From an uncultured virus (IMG/VR IMGVR_UViG_3300037634_007270) (lineage: Duplodnaviria; Heunggongvirae; Uroviricota; Caudoviricetes): a DNA stretch of 20,000 bases. The notes beneath the pieces are model-generated. The model did no database searches and was not told the origin of the DNA. It saw only the letters and a list, made by a program, of their open reading frames with translations. Below are positions 1 to 10,036 of the stretch, one piece after another. The translations under genes were made by a program, and so were the position numbers. Position 1 is the first letter of the stretch. Every line of letters starts with the position of its first letter. Where the stretch lies: the IMG/VR virus record IMGVR_UViG_3300037634_007270; one strand, written 5' to 3'.

Positions 1-2
1 GC

Positions 3-3000
3 CCAAGCAGCAAGTATACATATTGGAGGCATGCCACATCTTTTACAGAGACGACTACTTTTATTGAAATTACAAATTTAAAAGAGATAGGCGCATGTGA
101 CAAGAATCCGCATCCTGTACACCCTCCGGATGGAGTCTTTCCAGTTAGGGAAAAGGGTCCAATTATCATCGCGGAAGCAGTGGATGGCAAGGGAAACACC
201 TTTAAGTCTAGCATGGTGACGCCATTTAGCTTATATAAAAATAGCGTATCTACTGGCTATAAATCTGTTTTGTCAGGTATTACTGTCTCAAAGAGAGACG
301 GAACCTCTGCCGCAGGAGGCATAGAGCTTAACAACTTACATCAGGATGTTGTCGAGACTGGCGAAGTTTCAATGCAGGGCCCTTTCGCGGAGAAGTATGT
401 TGGTGGATTGCCTCACAGGCATGTCGACTTGAATACATCAAAGGCAGGAAGCTTAGATTCTCTCTCATCGCGTCCGGAGGGCTGGAAGTTCACAATATCC
501 AGCACCGGTGTTAAAATTCTTCATCAAGATTCGGACAAGCCTCGCGGTGATTATTATCGCAATGTTAAAGCAAAAAGGCCTGTAAATATTCGTAACATAC
601 AGGCGCTAACAGGAACTGCCAAGCTTAATAAAATTGGTAACTTTGCCAATCACTATGAACTTGTGCAAACATCAGATAGAAGCATTAACAACAGAGCCTT
701 TGTTAAAAATGAAGGGTTTGGCGGCATGCTGCCTAGCAACACCGATGCTAGCCTGATCACTGATATTATGGACTATAAAAAGGCGGATTTTAGCATTGCA
801 AAAAGTCCCCTCGGAGCAACAAAGCATGTTATCGTGGAGAGATTTTCTGCACCCGGAGGTCCAGAAACCGCGGCAGATGCCAACGGCGGGCATGGCATTG
901 ACGCTTATTCGGGACAATATTCGCCTTATAACAACCTAAACTATAGAAACTTGTCTGTCAGGCTTCCTCTGAGAACATTACTAGCAAATCACGCAAATCA
1001 GTTTGGTTTTGCTTTCGACTCCTTTGCCGGCACCAGAACCTCGACAGTTAGCAAACACGATTACAGCGGCATCCCAGCGTTTCATAAAACGAACAGGAAC
1101 TCAGCTTTAAGACATGAACTGTCTGGCTCTAGAACAACCTCCGAGACAACAACACGAGCACCTGTACATGACAATTATTATGTAACGCATGAAATACCAC
1201 AATCAGATACACAATATTGGTGGATCACGGGCGCCTTAGCCAATAACTTCCCAGAGCATAGAACGGTTGTATTGGGACATCCCCATCCGGATGGCACCTA
1301 CTCTAGTTCAGTTTCGCTAACATATCGCGATGGTGTCACGGTTGGTCCAGGATATATTCCGGCTTATAACTTTGTCAGCGCTAGCGATTATGTTACCAAG
1401 GCAAGAACAAACAATGTAAGATACTGGGGATCCCCAGAAACTTTTGACAAAAGAGCCAATGATGCAACTTATAGCAAAGGGCTCTATACTACAGACTTTA
1501 TTGGTTTAAATGGAAATATCGTGCAGATATTTGATACGGATACTTTGACTTTAAGCGGCAATGCTCAATCTGGCCAAACAAACAAAGTGATATTTCAATA
1601 TGTCAATACTGTGAATGGCTCTGATACAGGAGAATTCATATCCAGCCCTGTTGGCGGAGGAGCCTACGAGGGACAATCGGCAGCAGTTTTGAATTCTTTG
1701 AGTTTGAACAGAAATGGCCCATACGGATATCCTACTTGGAAACAAATTCGGGTAGGAGAAACTCGTATTGGTAGATATTTGGGGGACAACAATTATATAA
1801 CATACACTCCCTCTCCAGGCTTGCATCGCGTAAAAGAAACAAAAGGCAGCCGAATTGACATGATAGATAGGTTTGGAGCCACAAGGGTTCACAAAGAGCC
1901 CCCCGTTGTTTCGGACTATTTCCCGCTTAAGTTTGTTTTGGGTATCACGACGGCAACTACCGCCATCTCAAGGCCGATAAGAATGAAAAGCACTTATGGA
2001 AATTACCGTTCAGGATTTTCAGATCCGAGCTTAAACAGAGCCCGAGGGTTCATAAAGCCGCCACCTCTTTCCTATGAAACAATTACGGGACTATATTTAG
2101 ACGGAGGGCTAGAAGATCCTTCGAGCCCAGTCAATAGCTTTATAAATCTATGTTATAAGGAAACAATATATCCAAAAGAAGTTAATACATATTTGCGCAA
2201 AGTTAGACAAAGAGATGGATATGCAAATAATTTCTGGCGCCTCTCCCAAAAAGATAGGGCTGTTTTGGGTAAATCTAAACTTTCGTTCAACGAAATTAAG
2301 GCGGCAAATACCACTTTCGGATCAGGACAAAAGAGAAGCTCTTGGAATTTAGATGCAATTGCGGATGCGGCATTCTTGGGAGATGGCGGCGTTTCAGGTT
2401 CGATTACTGGAAGTGATTCTGGGATGCTTCAGGATTATTCCGCATATGTTCATTCGGGATTAAAAGCTGGGCTAACTGCATCAGTATGTTATGCTCGCCC
2501 ACATATGCTTTCCGCTACGGCATCCCTTCGAAGCTGGACAGGGCCGGAAGTAAAAGAAACAGGCTCTACTAGTTTGGCAAAATCTGGAGCACCCCTTGGA
2601 AGAATCCAGCTATTTGGAGGGCTAACGAGGTGGGAGGCTGGAGAACAAGCTGGCAAAATTAATGACTTAGGTACATTTGTCAGTAGATCAACAACTCCGG
2701 CATATGATTCATATGAAGAGTATTCTGACGATTTGAGATCCATAGCGCAGGAATATTCAGTGGTACCAGAGTTCAGAATTAGTGATCATATGGAATTTTA
2801 TATGAACAAGAGGAACGGAAATTTCTTGGTAGATAATCCAAAATTTCTTTCTATATTTGGGGCATCTTCTGCTTCGTTGCCACAAAATAGCTCCCAAGAT
2901 AAGTTCTACAAGATATTTACAAATTCTGATTTTATGAAATACTTTGCCTCAATCAAGAGGGACCACAAAGAATTGATGAACCCCACTGAGCTTACTCTGA

Positions 3001-5477
3001 CATGTAAAGCGGCGATGAAGTTTTTGCCTTATGATGGCTTTTATCCTTCTGAGAGAACAGCACAAATTGCCACTCAATTTTCGAAATCATATGCGAATCA
3101 TATAAGCTACCAAGGCGCGGACGCTAGCGTTGGAACTAGTATGCGCCTTCGCCCAATACTTGCTCCATTTTTCTCTCCGGGAATAATGTTTAACACCATT
3201 AAAGCTGGTGTTGCATGCGACTGGCCAATATATACGGGCTCCTACAAGGTGCACAACCCCTGGAACGGAGACAATTCTAAGAAAACGGATTATTTTCTAA
3301 TAGCAACAGCTAGTGATCCAACCTTGGATTCAAAGGGCAAGTTGGCTGGTTGGGACTATCGTGTGCCTTTCGAAGCGCTAGCAGAGCCAGAAAAGTATAT
3401 TAAAAACATTACCTTTGTTGATATGGAGCCCCACCCAAGTGCGGCTATTAATGTCACATGTTCTTGGGGTGGCTCCGGCGATCAACTTTATAAAATGATG
3501 TCACAAAACTTTTTAGCAGAAGTTCCAGAGTTTTTCTTGCCAAAGGGTGAGTTCTCTACTTTGACATCTGTTCCAGAAAGTCAAATCCTTCCATTTGATA
3601 CCGGATCAGTGTATGGAATGAGAATAAAGATAAGAAAATCATACCATCAGGAGCGGCAACCTGAAGCGCTGGGCACTATTGGCTATTTTGTCCCGCAAGA
3701 TACTATTCGTGACAGAAGCCGACTACAAGAGTCATTTACCATGTATAGTCGTCCATCTGCATTTGGTCCACCTGTTTCGGGCAGAAATGGTATCGGTCAT
3801 GCACATTCTAGCAAACAATATGATCACTTAAAGATAGCTGATAGCCTGCAAGGAATTAATCCCTCTTTCACGCCTCCCTATTATCACGGCGAAGCGTGGT
3901 GTGACATAATCGTCAGGCCAAGCAGCAGTTATGTAAGTCTTGATGATATATTGGCAGACTCCCAAAAGATATATTGGAGATTTGATAACAGGCGCCTTCC
4001 TGCACCGGCAAACAATACCCACCCTTATGGTGATTTAAATATTAATAGATTTTCGATGCAACTGAGTTCATCATTCAATTTGTTCCAGAAGGCAAGTGGA
4101 AAGATTATACAATATGATATTCTTGGCAATCCAATGTCGGTACAAGATGATGAAACTGGAAATACTACGACATGGGTGATGCAGCCAAAGTTTGAAACAC
4201 CAATGTATAACTTTAGCGATTCTGGTGTACACCCAATTAGCGATGGACACAAAACTTTGACAATACCAACTAATTGTTCAGAATCAGTAGCAAAAGGTAT
4301 GTGGCATCAGTTCGGCGTAACACCAACAGATCCACAAAAAGGTATATTCCTTGAAGTTTCAGACATCCCCCAATCGTGGCAAACAAAACGCGTACCGATG
4401 TTTAATTCTGGTTCTCACGGATCCGCACACTCTATTGATGTAAACCAAGGTAGTTGGGATAACAGCGAATATGCTTCAATTTATAATTCTGGCGGCTCAA
4501 TTGAATCATTGCTTGATAAAGTTAACTTCCCTAAAAGATCGGTTAAATTAGGACAGACTGCCAAAAAGAAAATTGTCCGCGAAGGTGTCGTTGCAATACC
4601 ATTTATGATAAACAAGGGCAAGAGGAAGTTCTTCAATCTTGACAAGGAAATGGTAAAGGGAATCCTTGGCATGCCGAATGTATCAAAAATGGTACCTGGC
4701 GACTCTGTAAGGCAGCAGATTGAGTCCATGAAAAAATATGTTATGCCGCCAGTACTGGATTTTGTTACCTTTACAGAAGAAGTCCAGCCGATAGTTATGC
4801 ACATATTTGATTTTGAATATGAATTTAGTCAAGACGATTTATCACACATGTGGCAGAATTTGCAGCCACCTAGCGGAAAGATAGTAAAAAAATCAGAAGT
4901 TAAAGTAACACAAAAGTTGCTTATAAATGAGATGTTTGGAGAGATGGGTGAATGTGCAGGCAGCCCCTTGGAGGATAGGCTTAGGTGGATGGTGTTTAAA
5001 GTTAAACAGAGAGCAAATGCGGACTATTTCTCGAAAGTTGCAGGCTATGATCAACAAACCGATCCTAGATTTAAGTTTGGCATCAAAGTAGGAAGGGCTA
5101 TGACTGGCGATCAGAAAATAGCAGAGTATAGTTATAACTGGCCATATGATTTCTTCTCATTAATCGAGCTAGCTAAAATAGATGCTGAACTGTGTTTCGG
5201 CCCATATGATGATTCCACGCCAGAAGAGCTTAAATACGATACAGACAGAGGTAAAATAGAAAAGGGTATCACTCCTCATGACACTGATCGTCCTCCTCGC
5301 CCCGATACGCCATCGCCAGTACCCCCGTCTGCCACGGCAGGCACGACGGCAGTTGGTACCACTTCTCAGCCGACAACCACAACCACCACCACTACCACCA
5401 CTACTAAGGTTACTCAAAGCCAGCCAGTAGCCGACGCCTCGAAATCATTTAACAATGCCCTACCGGAGAGGAAATAA
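3..5477 (+). CDS. Giant putative virion structural protein, 5'-truncated (>1820 aa), with Pro/Thr-rich C-terminal tail
   Basis: The frame is open from position 3 (CCA AGC AGC AAG...) through the GTG at 180 used by the ORF track, so the true start is upstream of the window. Ser/Gly/Thr/Asn-rich; motif-like C-terminal block RWMVFKVKQRA...YSYNWPYDFFSLIELAKID followed by a low-complexity tail. Structural role inferred from size and context. Confidence 0.75.
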   Translation, partial: PSSKYTYWRHATSFTETTTFIEITNLKEIGACDKNPHPVHPPDGVFPVREKGPIIIAEAVDGKGNTFKSSMVTPFSLYKNSVSTGYKSVLSGITVSKRDGTSAAGGIELNNLHQDVVETGEVSMQGPFAEKYVGGLPHRHVDLNTSKAGSLDSLSSRPEGWKFTISSTGVKILHQDSDKPRGDYYRNVKAKRPVNIRNIQALTGTAKLNKIGNFANHYELVQTSDRSINNRAFVKNEGFGGMLPSNTDASLITDIMDYKKADFSIAKSPLGATKHVIVERFSAPGGPETAADANGGHGIDAYSGQYSPYNNLNYRNLSVRLPLRTLLANHANQFGFAFDSFAGTRTSTVSKHDYSGIPAFHKTNRNSALRHELSGSRTTSETTTRAPVHDNYYVTHEIPQSDTQYWWITGALANNFPEHRTVVLGHPHPDGTYSSSVSLTYRDGVTVGPGYIPAYNFVSASDYVTKARTNNVRYWGSPETFDKRANDATYSKGLYTTDFIGLNGNIVQIFDTDTLTLSGNAQSGQTNKVIFQYVNTVNGSDTGEFISSPVGGGAYEGQSAAVLNSLSLNRNGPYGYPTWKQIRVGETRIGRYLGDNNYITYTPSPGLHRVKETKGSRIDMIDRFGATRVHKEPPVVSDYFPLKFVLGITTATTAISRPIRMKSTYGNYRSGFSDPSLNRARGFIKPPPLSYETITGLYLDGGLEDPSSPVNSFINLCYKETIYPKEVNTYLRKVRQRDGYANNFWRLSQKDRAVLGKSKLSFNEIKAANTTFGSGQKRSSWNLDAIADAAFLGDGGVSGSITGSDSGMLQDYSAYVHSGLKAGLTASVCYARPHMLSATASLRSWTGPEVKETGSTSLAKSGAPLGRIQLFGGLTRWEAGEQAGKINDLGTFVSRSTTPAYDSYEEYSDDLRSIAQEYSVVPEFRISDHMEFYMNKRNGNFLVDNPKFLSIFGASSASLPQNSSQDKFYKIFTNSDFMKYFASIKRDHKELMNPTELTLTCKAAMKFLPYDGFYPSERTAQIATQFSKSYANHISYQGADASVGTSMRLRPILAPFFSPGIMFNTIKAGVACDWPIYTGSYKVHNPWNGDNSKKTDYFLIATASDPTLDSKGKLAGWDYRVPFEALAEPEKYIKNITFVDMEPHPSAAINVTCSWGGSGDQLYKMMSQNFLAEVPEFFLPKGEFSTLTSVPESQILPFDTGSVYGMRIKIRKSYHQERQPEALGTIGYFVPQDTIRDRSRLQESFTMYSRPSAFGPPVSGRNGIGHAHSSKQYDHLKIADSLQGINPSFTPPYYHGEAWCDIIVRPSSSYVSLDDILADSQKIYWRFDNRRLPAPANNTHPYGDLNINRFSMQLSSSFNLFQKASGKIIQYDILGNPMSVQDDETGNTTTWVMQPKFETPMYNFSDSGVHPISDGHKTLTIPTNCSESVAKGMWHQFGVTPTDPQKGIFLEVSDIPQSWQTKRVPMFNSGSHGSAHSIDVNQGSWDNSEYASIYNSGGSIESLLDKVNFPKRSVKLGQTAKKKIVREGVVAIPFMINKGKRKFFNLDKEMVKGILGMPNVSKMVPGDSVRQQIESMKKYVMPPVLDFVTFTEEVQPIVMHIFDFEYEFSQDDLSHMWQNLQPPSGKIVKKSEVKVTQKLLINEMFGEMGECAGSPLEDRLRWMVFKVKQRANADYFSKVAGYDQQTDPRFKFGIKVGRAMTGDQKIAEYSYNWPYDFFSLIELAKIDAELCFGPYDDSTPEELKYDTDRGKIEKGITPHDTDRPPRPDTPSPVPPSATAGTTAVGTTSQPTTTTTTTTTTTKVTQSQPVADASKSFNNALPERK
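5373..5405 (+). repeat. Poly-Thr codon run (ACN x11) in the C-terminal tail of the giant protein
   Basis: aca acc aca acc acc acc act acc acc act act = 11 consecutive Thr, inside a Pro/Thr-rich tail. Confidence 0.9.
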
Positions 5478-5480
5478 AAT

Positions 5481-6566
5481 ATGCTTTTTGCAAATAAAAA
5501 AGAGGAAGTTTTAGATATTCAATTGACGCCGCACGGAAGATATCTTCTGGCGATTGGAAAACTAAAACCAGTATATTATTCCTTTCATGACTCCAATATT
5601 CTTTATGATGCAAGATATGCTTCGGGCGTGACATCCGAAGAAGAAAAAGATGTGGAAAAAAGAATTCAAGATAATACCCCACAGCTTCGCACGCTTCCGT
5701 TGCGAAGCTCCAGAGAGGCGAGCGTTAAGAGCCTATATGAAACTCCTTTGCAAATTTTTAATTTAGCCCAAGCAACGCGCATAAAAACATTGGCTATGGT
5801 GGAGCAAGAAAGGGAAGAAAAGCATTATTTGTTGACTCATCCGTTGGGAACTAGTAAAATATCTGGAGATGAAGCAGTTAAGTGGTCTGTCAAAGTCTTG
5901 AATGGAGAAATAACAGGATCTGCGCCATATCTGACATCCAGTTATCAAACATTAGAAATTCCTCAAATCGACATTGATATTGAATATGAAATAGCAATAT
6001 TTAATACTGGCTCTGAATCCACCATAGAATTCGAGTCAGATCCAGTGTTGAATTCTAAACTTTTCTTGGACGGGACTTATGTATCGATAGATCCAGATCA
6101 TCTGTTGTTGGATATTGTTGAAGAGAATACCGAATACGAGGTAGATAATTTTGAAATTGAAGTGTTCGTGATAAAAGATGAGTCCCGAGCTGGTCAAGGA
6201 GCGGGACTATCCGGCTCAACATCGACAAAAATTAAAGAATTAAGTGCGTTAGCTTTTGAAAAACCAGTTTCTTTAATTCAAAACAATATCTTGTTAGATG
6301 AGGATGATGTTTCGCCCTCTGCGAGAATTCCGATAAATAAAAATTTTGTTAAATATTATTTTGATGTTAATGTGGATCGTGAAATTGATGACTTAGATAT
6401 ATGCAATTCAATCTCTACTTTGGAATCTAAAAATCTTTATGTTGATTGGCGACTGGAGTGTCCTGATGATGGCGATACCAATCTTATTGATATTTATGAT
6501 ACTGAAACGACGGTATGTTCTGATGATGCCGCATCAACAACAACCGAAGAAGAAACACCTTATTGA
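5481..6566 (+). CDS. Putative virion (tail/baseplate) protein, acidic, 361 aa; N-terminus similar to 13932..14831
   Basis: GAGGA SD upstream, 3 nt after the previous stop. N-terminal LDIQLTPHGRYLLAIGKLKPVYYSFHDSNILY aligns by eye with LDAVLTDTGRMRMAKGDGSFRIVHFAFGDEEINY. Confidence 0.7.
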   Translation: MLFANKKEEVLDIQLTPHGRYLLAIGKLKPVYYSFHDSNILYDARYASGVTSEEEKDVEKRIQDNTPQLRTLPLRSSREASVKSLYETPLQIFNLAQATRIKTLAMVEQEREEKHYLLTHPLGTSKISGDEAVKWSVKVLNGEITGSAPYLTSSYQTLEIPQIDIDIEYEIAIFNTGSESTIEFESDPVLNSKLFLDGTYVSIDPDHLLLDIVEENTEYEVDNFEIEVFVIKDESRAGQGAGLSGSTSTKIKELSALAFEKPVSLIQNNILLDEDDVSPSARIPINKNFVKYYFDVNVDREIDDLDICNSISTLESKNLYVDWRLECPDDGDTNLIDIYDTETTVCSDDAASTTTEEETPY

Positions 6567-6575
6567 TATTTATGA
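6483..6575 (+). repeat. 17-bp direct repeat CTTATTGATATTTATGA (6483-6499 and 6559-6575)
   Basis: Two exact copies 76 nt apart; the second contains the TGA stop of 5481..6566. Confidence 0.85.
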
Positions 6576-6613
6576 AAAAGCAAATGAACACATCGGTTAA
6601 TTTAAAAGTGGAA

Positions 6614-6626
6614 ATGACTATTTATA
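6614..6626 (+). promoter_or_regulatory. Candidate phage late-promoter motif ATGACTATTTA(TA)
   Basis: Intergenic, shortly before the GGGAG SD and ATG 6643; the same 11-mer occurs at 13885 and 18617, each before a gene start. Confidence 0.55.
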
Positions 6627-6642
6627 TTGGGAGACAAGTATA

Positions 6643-9600
6643 ATGACAGGCAGGGGAGTTCCGGAAATCGATCAAGATGATCGCAACATATTCGATCCAA
6701 TATTTGACGCCGCCGAGATCTGGGACTGGGGAACTTGGAATCCTAGCCCACCCGTGATCACGGACTGGCCAGATCAAGGAACTCCTATTGATCCAGGGCC
6801 CTTTATTCCCGAAGAACCGGCAGACGGCAACCCTAGGCCAACTGAAATTGTAGTCGAGACTGACGGTCCGGGCTGGTGGATAGGCATCGAAACGACGGTG
6901 GAGGAAGAGATGCCATGGGAAGATTGTTGCCCCCATACCCGCGCAGATATCGACGGCGCCGGCGCAACAGTCTACCCTAGCGTTCCCCTCCCGTCTACGA
7001 AATCCATATTTACCGAAGAGGGTGACGGGCATTGCCATCCAACTACCAAGATAAGTGAGTTTGTAGCTGTTAAAGTTGTTTTGGCAATGGATATTAATAT
7101 CATCAGCGCTGCTAAAGCCCTTTCAGGCAGAGGAGACACAGTTCTTCTTGACAGATTTTTTTCAGCGGCAGAGAGAGATGGGAAAGCACAGATAAATACA
7201 ATATCTATCAAAAACCATCGAGCCGGCACAGAAGATAAAACAAGAAAAGTTAAAAAGATCAATGGAGGCTCTAAACAGCAATTTTCATATGATAGCTCCT
7301 TTGAGGTATCTAATAAAAACATAAAAGATCTGGCTGTTTTTTCATATATGTCTTTGGACATTGAAAGAATGCAACAAGATTTTGGATTCGATATGGCATC
7401 TAATTTTATAAATAACTCATCAAAAGATTTGTTTAATTTTAAGGTTTCAATGAACAAAATTATAGAGAAGGGAAATATAGTTGATACTGGCGTTATATTG
7501 GTGTTGCCTTCTGGCAAGACTTGGACTGGCGCATATCATTATCATCGAGCAAAGGGATTCATGGGTGGAGAAAGACATACCACCAACGCGCATCCTGTTT
7601 TGTACCCGCAAAAAGTTATTAATCTCACTGTCAAGAATCACATGGTAAAAAATGAGATAATGAATCTAGACATTAGTAATATTATGAAAAGCAAACAGTC
7701 TAAAATGCTTGAAAGTATAAAGACAGGCTTTGGCGCGGAAATGGATAAAATCACCAGAAGTTTCATTTCAGAGCCATACAAACAAAAATCAATAGACGGA
7801 AAGGCAAGATTCATTTTTCATATTGATCTCGCCGGCATTTTAAAAATGCAATCAAGATTTCCGGGAATATATAGCAAGGCTGCTTTTAATGGCTCCGCGA
7901 TTAGGAACATCGAAGTACTTCGCCGCAGGGCAGCAGACCCAGAGATGCGCCATGGAAGTTTTTCCAAAGTTGGTGTGCCAAAAATATCCGGTGGGCGCTT
8001 GTGTAATTTGCCAGAGAAGGAAGATTTAATTTCTGTTTCTTCGGACATCGCACCCGCCCCAGAATATGTTAATAAAGGGCAACTGACCGCGAGTGACTAC
8101 AAGACAAAAAAACATTCTCTTGCTAGCAATCGTATACAAAATTTAGATCAAAAATTGATTGGCTCAATCAAAGAAATTAATGTTGCAAATTCTTCTGATT
8201 TGCGCACATTTCTTGTTGTTGATCATGAAATAGCCGACATGTCGGATGGCGCTTATCAATATGTGGTAAATGTTGAAATTCAAGATCCTACGATTAGATA
8301 TTTGAACGGCAAGCTTAAAATGATGCAAGCAGCTAGATTTGCCGCAGAGAAACTTTTTGCCGAGGCATCAGTTCAGAATAATTATAACTCTCTTCATAGG
8401 AGCTTTACGCGAAACTATAAAAAACACCAGAAAAGTCACATGAAAACTCTAACCGCTATAACAATGATTGTTGTTTCGACATTGCAATGCCTTGCTGATA
8501 CAAAAATGGATAAAAAGATAATATCTTATTTCCTATCAATAGCTTCAGACATGACAGGCTCCCCAGGTGGAATTGGGACGATAGTTGAAATCTTAAATAA
8601 TTTAGAAGGAAAAATCATTGATCTTTTGGGAGACAATAGATATAGTGTTGGGCTCACCGGAAAAGTTGAGAAAATAAAAACCACACAGAAGAATCTTAAT
8701 GATTATGGAGCAATAAAAGTAAGAAAAGAATTTGATGATGTCTTAATGAAAAATGGAGATAAAGATGTCGGATATGAGTTTATACAAACTTCCACACCCA
8801 AGCATGCCGGATTTTCGTATGTCAACAGAACAGATTATGTTACACGCCAACTGCAAGAGAAAGAGAAATATTGGCCACGCAAAGGCGCCCCTCAAAGAAT
8901 TAGTCCTTCAAAGCTAGACTCATCGCTTTCTTCGAAGCAGAAAGAAGAGGCTATTACGAGGCTTGGTGAAAATACGACAAATCAATTCACTGTTTCTAAA
9001 GTTTATATGGGCGAGTCTTCGATGGAGCTTGTCGGTGAAAATTCCGAAATTGATAATCTGGATAAATACAAGGATATTGTTGGAAGAATCGTGAACTATA
9101 ATTCTTCACAGAAATCTTTATACCCCCTAAATTCAGAAAATGAAATAGCAGAGGATGTCTTGTCGCAGGTGGGAATAGCAGTTCAATCTGATTCGGGCTG
9201 CGAAGACGAAGAATCGTATTTGACTGATACTTCGACTCTATTTGGAGCAAACAACTTCGATTCAAGGAACATAGACAAAACACTGGAAAGCGATGATGAT
9301 ACATTAGATGATAGATTTATTGCAGAAGCCACTAGAGAGATTGCCAATATCATTAATAGCAAGCTTGCTGAGACTGGAGAATTGTCCGCCGGCGGTAATT
9401 ATGCAGTAAAGTGGACAGGCGCCCCGCGGAAGAGGACAGATAGAGAGTCTGATATTGCTTTGCGCTTGTCAATTAATAAATTTGACCTTAGAAATGCTGA
9501 TAACTTGGCGAATGAGTTAAGTGTCCGTCATCTGCGAGATATGCCACAGGGTATAAGATCTTTGTTTTTCGGAAGAAGTCAATCTTCTAGGAATTGGCTG

Positions 9601-10026
9601 GATAACCAAAAAGATCTTTTGACTGATCCGGAACTTAAAAATATTTTTAAATTTAACTATTCTAATGTGGTTGAGGTTGAATATTTTGCAGGATATGAGT
9701 CCACCAGCTTTGGACACCAACTCAAGGCTCCAATCTTTAATCCTTTAACTCCTACAGTTCTAAAATCGATACCAAAGAATGCTCCGCTCCTCTGTAGACT
9801 AAAGAAGGTTTTTAATCCACAGATCGGCGTTGGAATAGACAGAGGCATTGAGTTGGAAGTATTCTCGGAGCACTTTTTGATAACTTCTACGGGAACTCCA
9901 AGATATTCTTTTTCAACAAATGTTTCTAATAGAAGAAGAGAATTAACTAATTATATGATAGAACAAGTCAATAGATTGGCTAGCCTGCAAAATGCTACTG
10001 CTATTCATTCGGTTTTGATGAAGTAA
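6643..10026 (+). CDS. Large hypothetical protein (1127 aa), probable virion component; Pro/Trp/acidic N-terminus and His-cluster motif
   Basis: Long ORF with GGGAG SD in the structural block; low-complexity N-terminus (WDWGTWNPSPPVITDWPDQGTPIDPGP); internal WTGAYHYHRAKGFMGGERHTTNAHPVL motif. Confidence 0.65.
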   Translation: MTGRGVPEIDQDDRNIFDPIFDAAEIWDWGTWNPSPPVITDWPDQGTPIDPGPFIPEEPADGNPRPTEIVVETDGPGWWIGIETTVEEEMPWEDCCPHTRADIDGAGATVYPSVPLPSTKSIFTEEGDGHCHPTTKISEFVAVKVVLAMDINIISAAKALSGRGDTVLLDRFFSAAERDGKAQINTISIKNHRAGTEDKTRKVKKINGGSKQQFSYDSSFEVSNKNIKDLAVFSYMSLDIERMQQDFGFDMASNFINNSSKDLFNFKVSMNKIIEKGNIVDTGVILVLPSGKTWTGAYHYHRAKGFMGGERHTTNAHPVLYPQKVINLTVKNHMVKNEIMNLDISNIMKSKQSKMLESIKTGFGAEMDKITRSFISEPYKQKSIDGKARFIFHIDLAGILKMQSRFPGIYSKAAFNGSAIRNIEVLRRRAADPEMRHGSFSKVGVPKISGGRLCNLPEKEDLISVSSDIAPAPEYVNKGQLTASDYKTKKHSLASNRIQNLDQKLIGSIKEINVANSSDLRTFLVVDHEIADMSDGAYQYVVNVEIQDPTIRYLNGKLKMMQAARFAAEKLFAEASVQNNYNSLHRSFTRNYKKHQKSHMKTLTAITMIVVSTLQCLADTKMDKKIISYFLSIASDMTGSPGGIGTIVEILNNLEGKIIDLLGDNRYSVGLTGKVEKIKTTQKNLNDYGAIKVRKEFDDVLMKNGDKDVGYEFIQTSTPKHAGFSYVNRTDYVTRQLQEKEKYWPRKGAPQRISPSKLDSSLSSKQKEEAITRLGENTTNQFTVSKVYMGESSMELVGENSEIDNLDKYKDIVGRIVNYNSSQKSLYPLNSENEIAEDVLSQVGIAVQSDSGCEDEESYLTDTSTLFGANNFDSRNIDKTLESDDDTLDDRFIAEATREIANIINSKLAETGELSAGGNYAVKWTGAPRKRTDRESDIALRLSINKFDLRNADNLANELSVRHLRDMPQGIRSLFFGRSQSSRNWLDNQKDLLTDPELKNIFKFNYSNVVEVEYFAGYESTSFGHQLKAPIFNPLTPTVLKSIPKNAPLLCRLKKVFNPQIGVGIDRGIELEVFSEHFLITSTGTPRYSFSTNVSNRRRELTNYMIEQVNRLASLQNATAIHSVLMK

Positions 10027-10036
10027 TGGGTTTAAT

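Noticed and set aside
180..182. GTG at 180 as the start of the giant ORF
   Set aside because: The frame is open from position 3 with no stop; the gene most likely starts upstream of the window.
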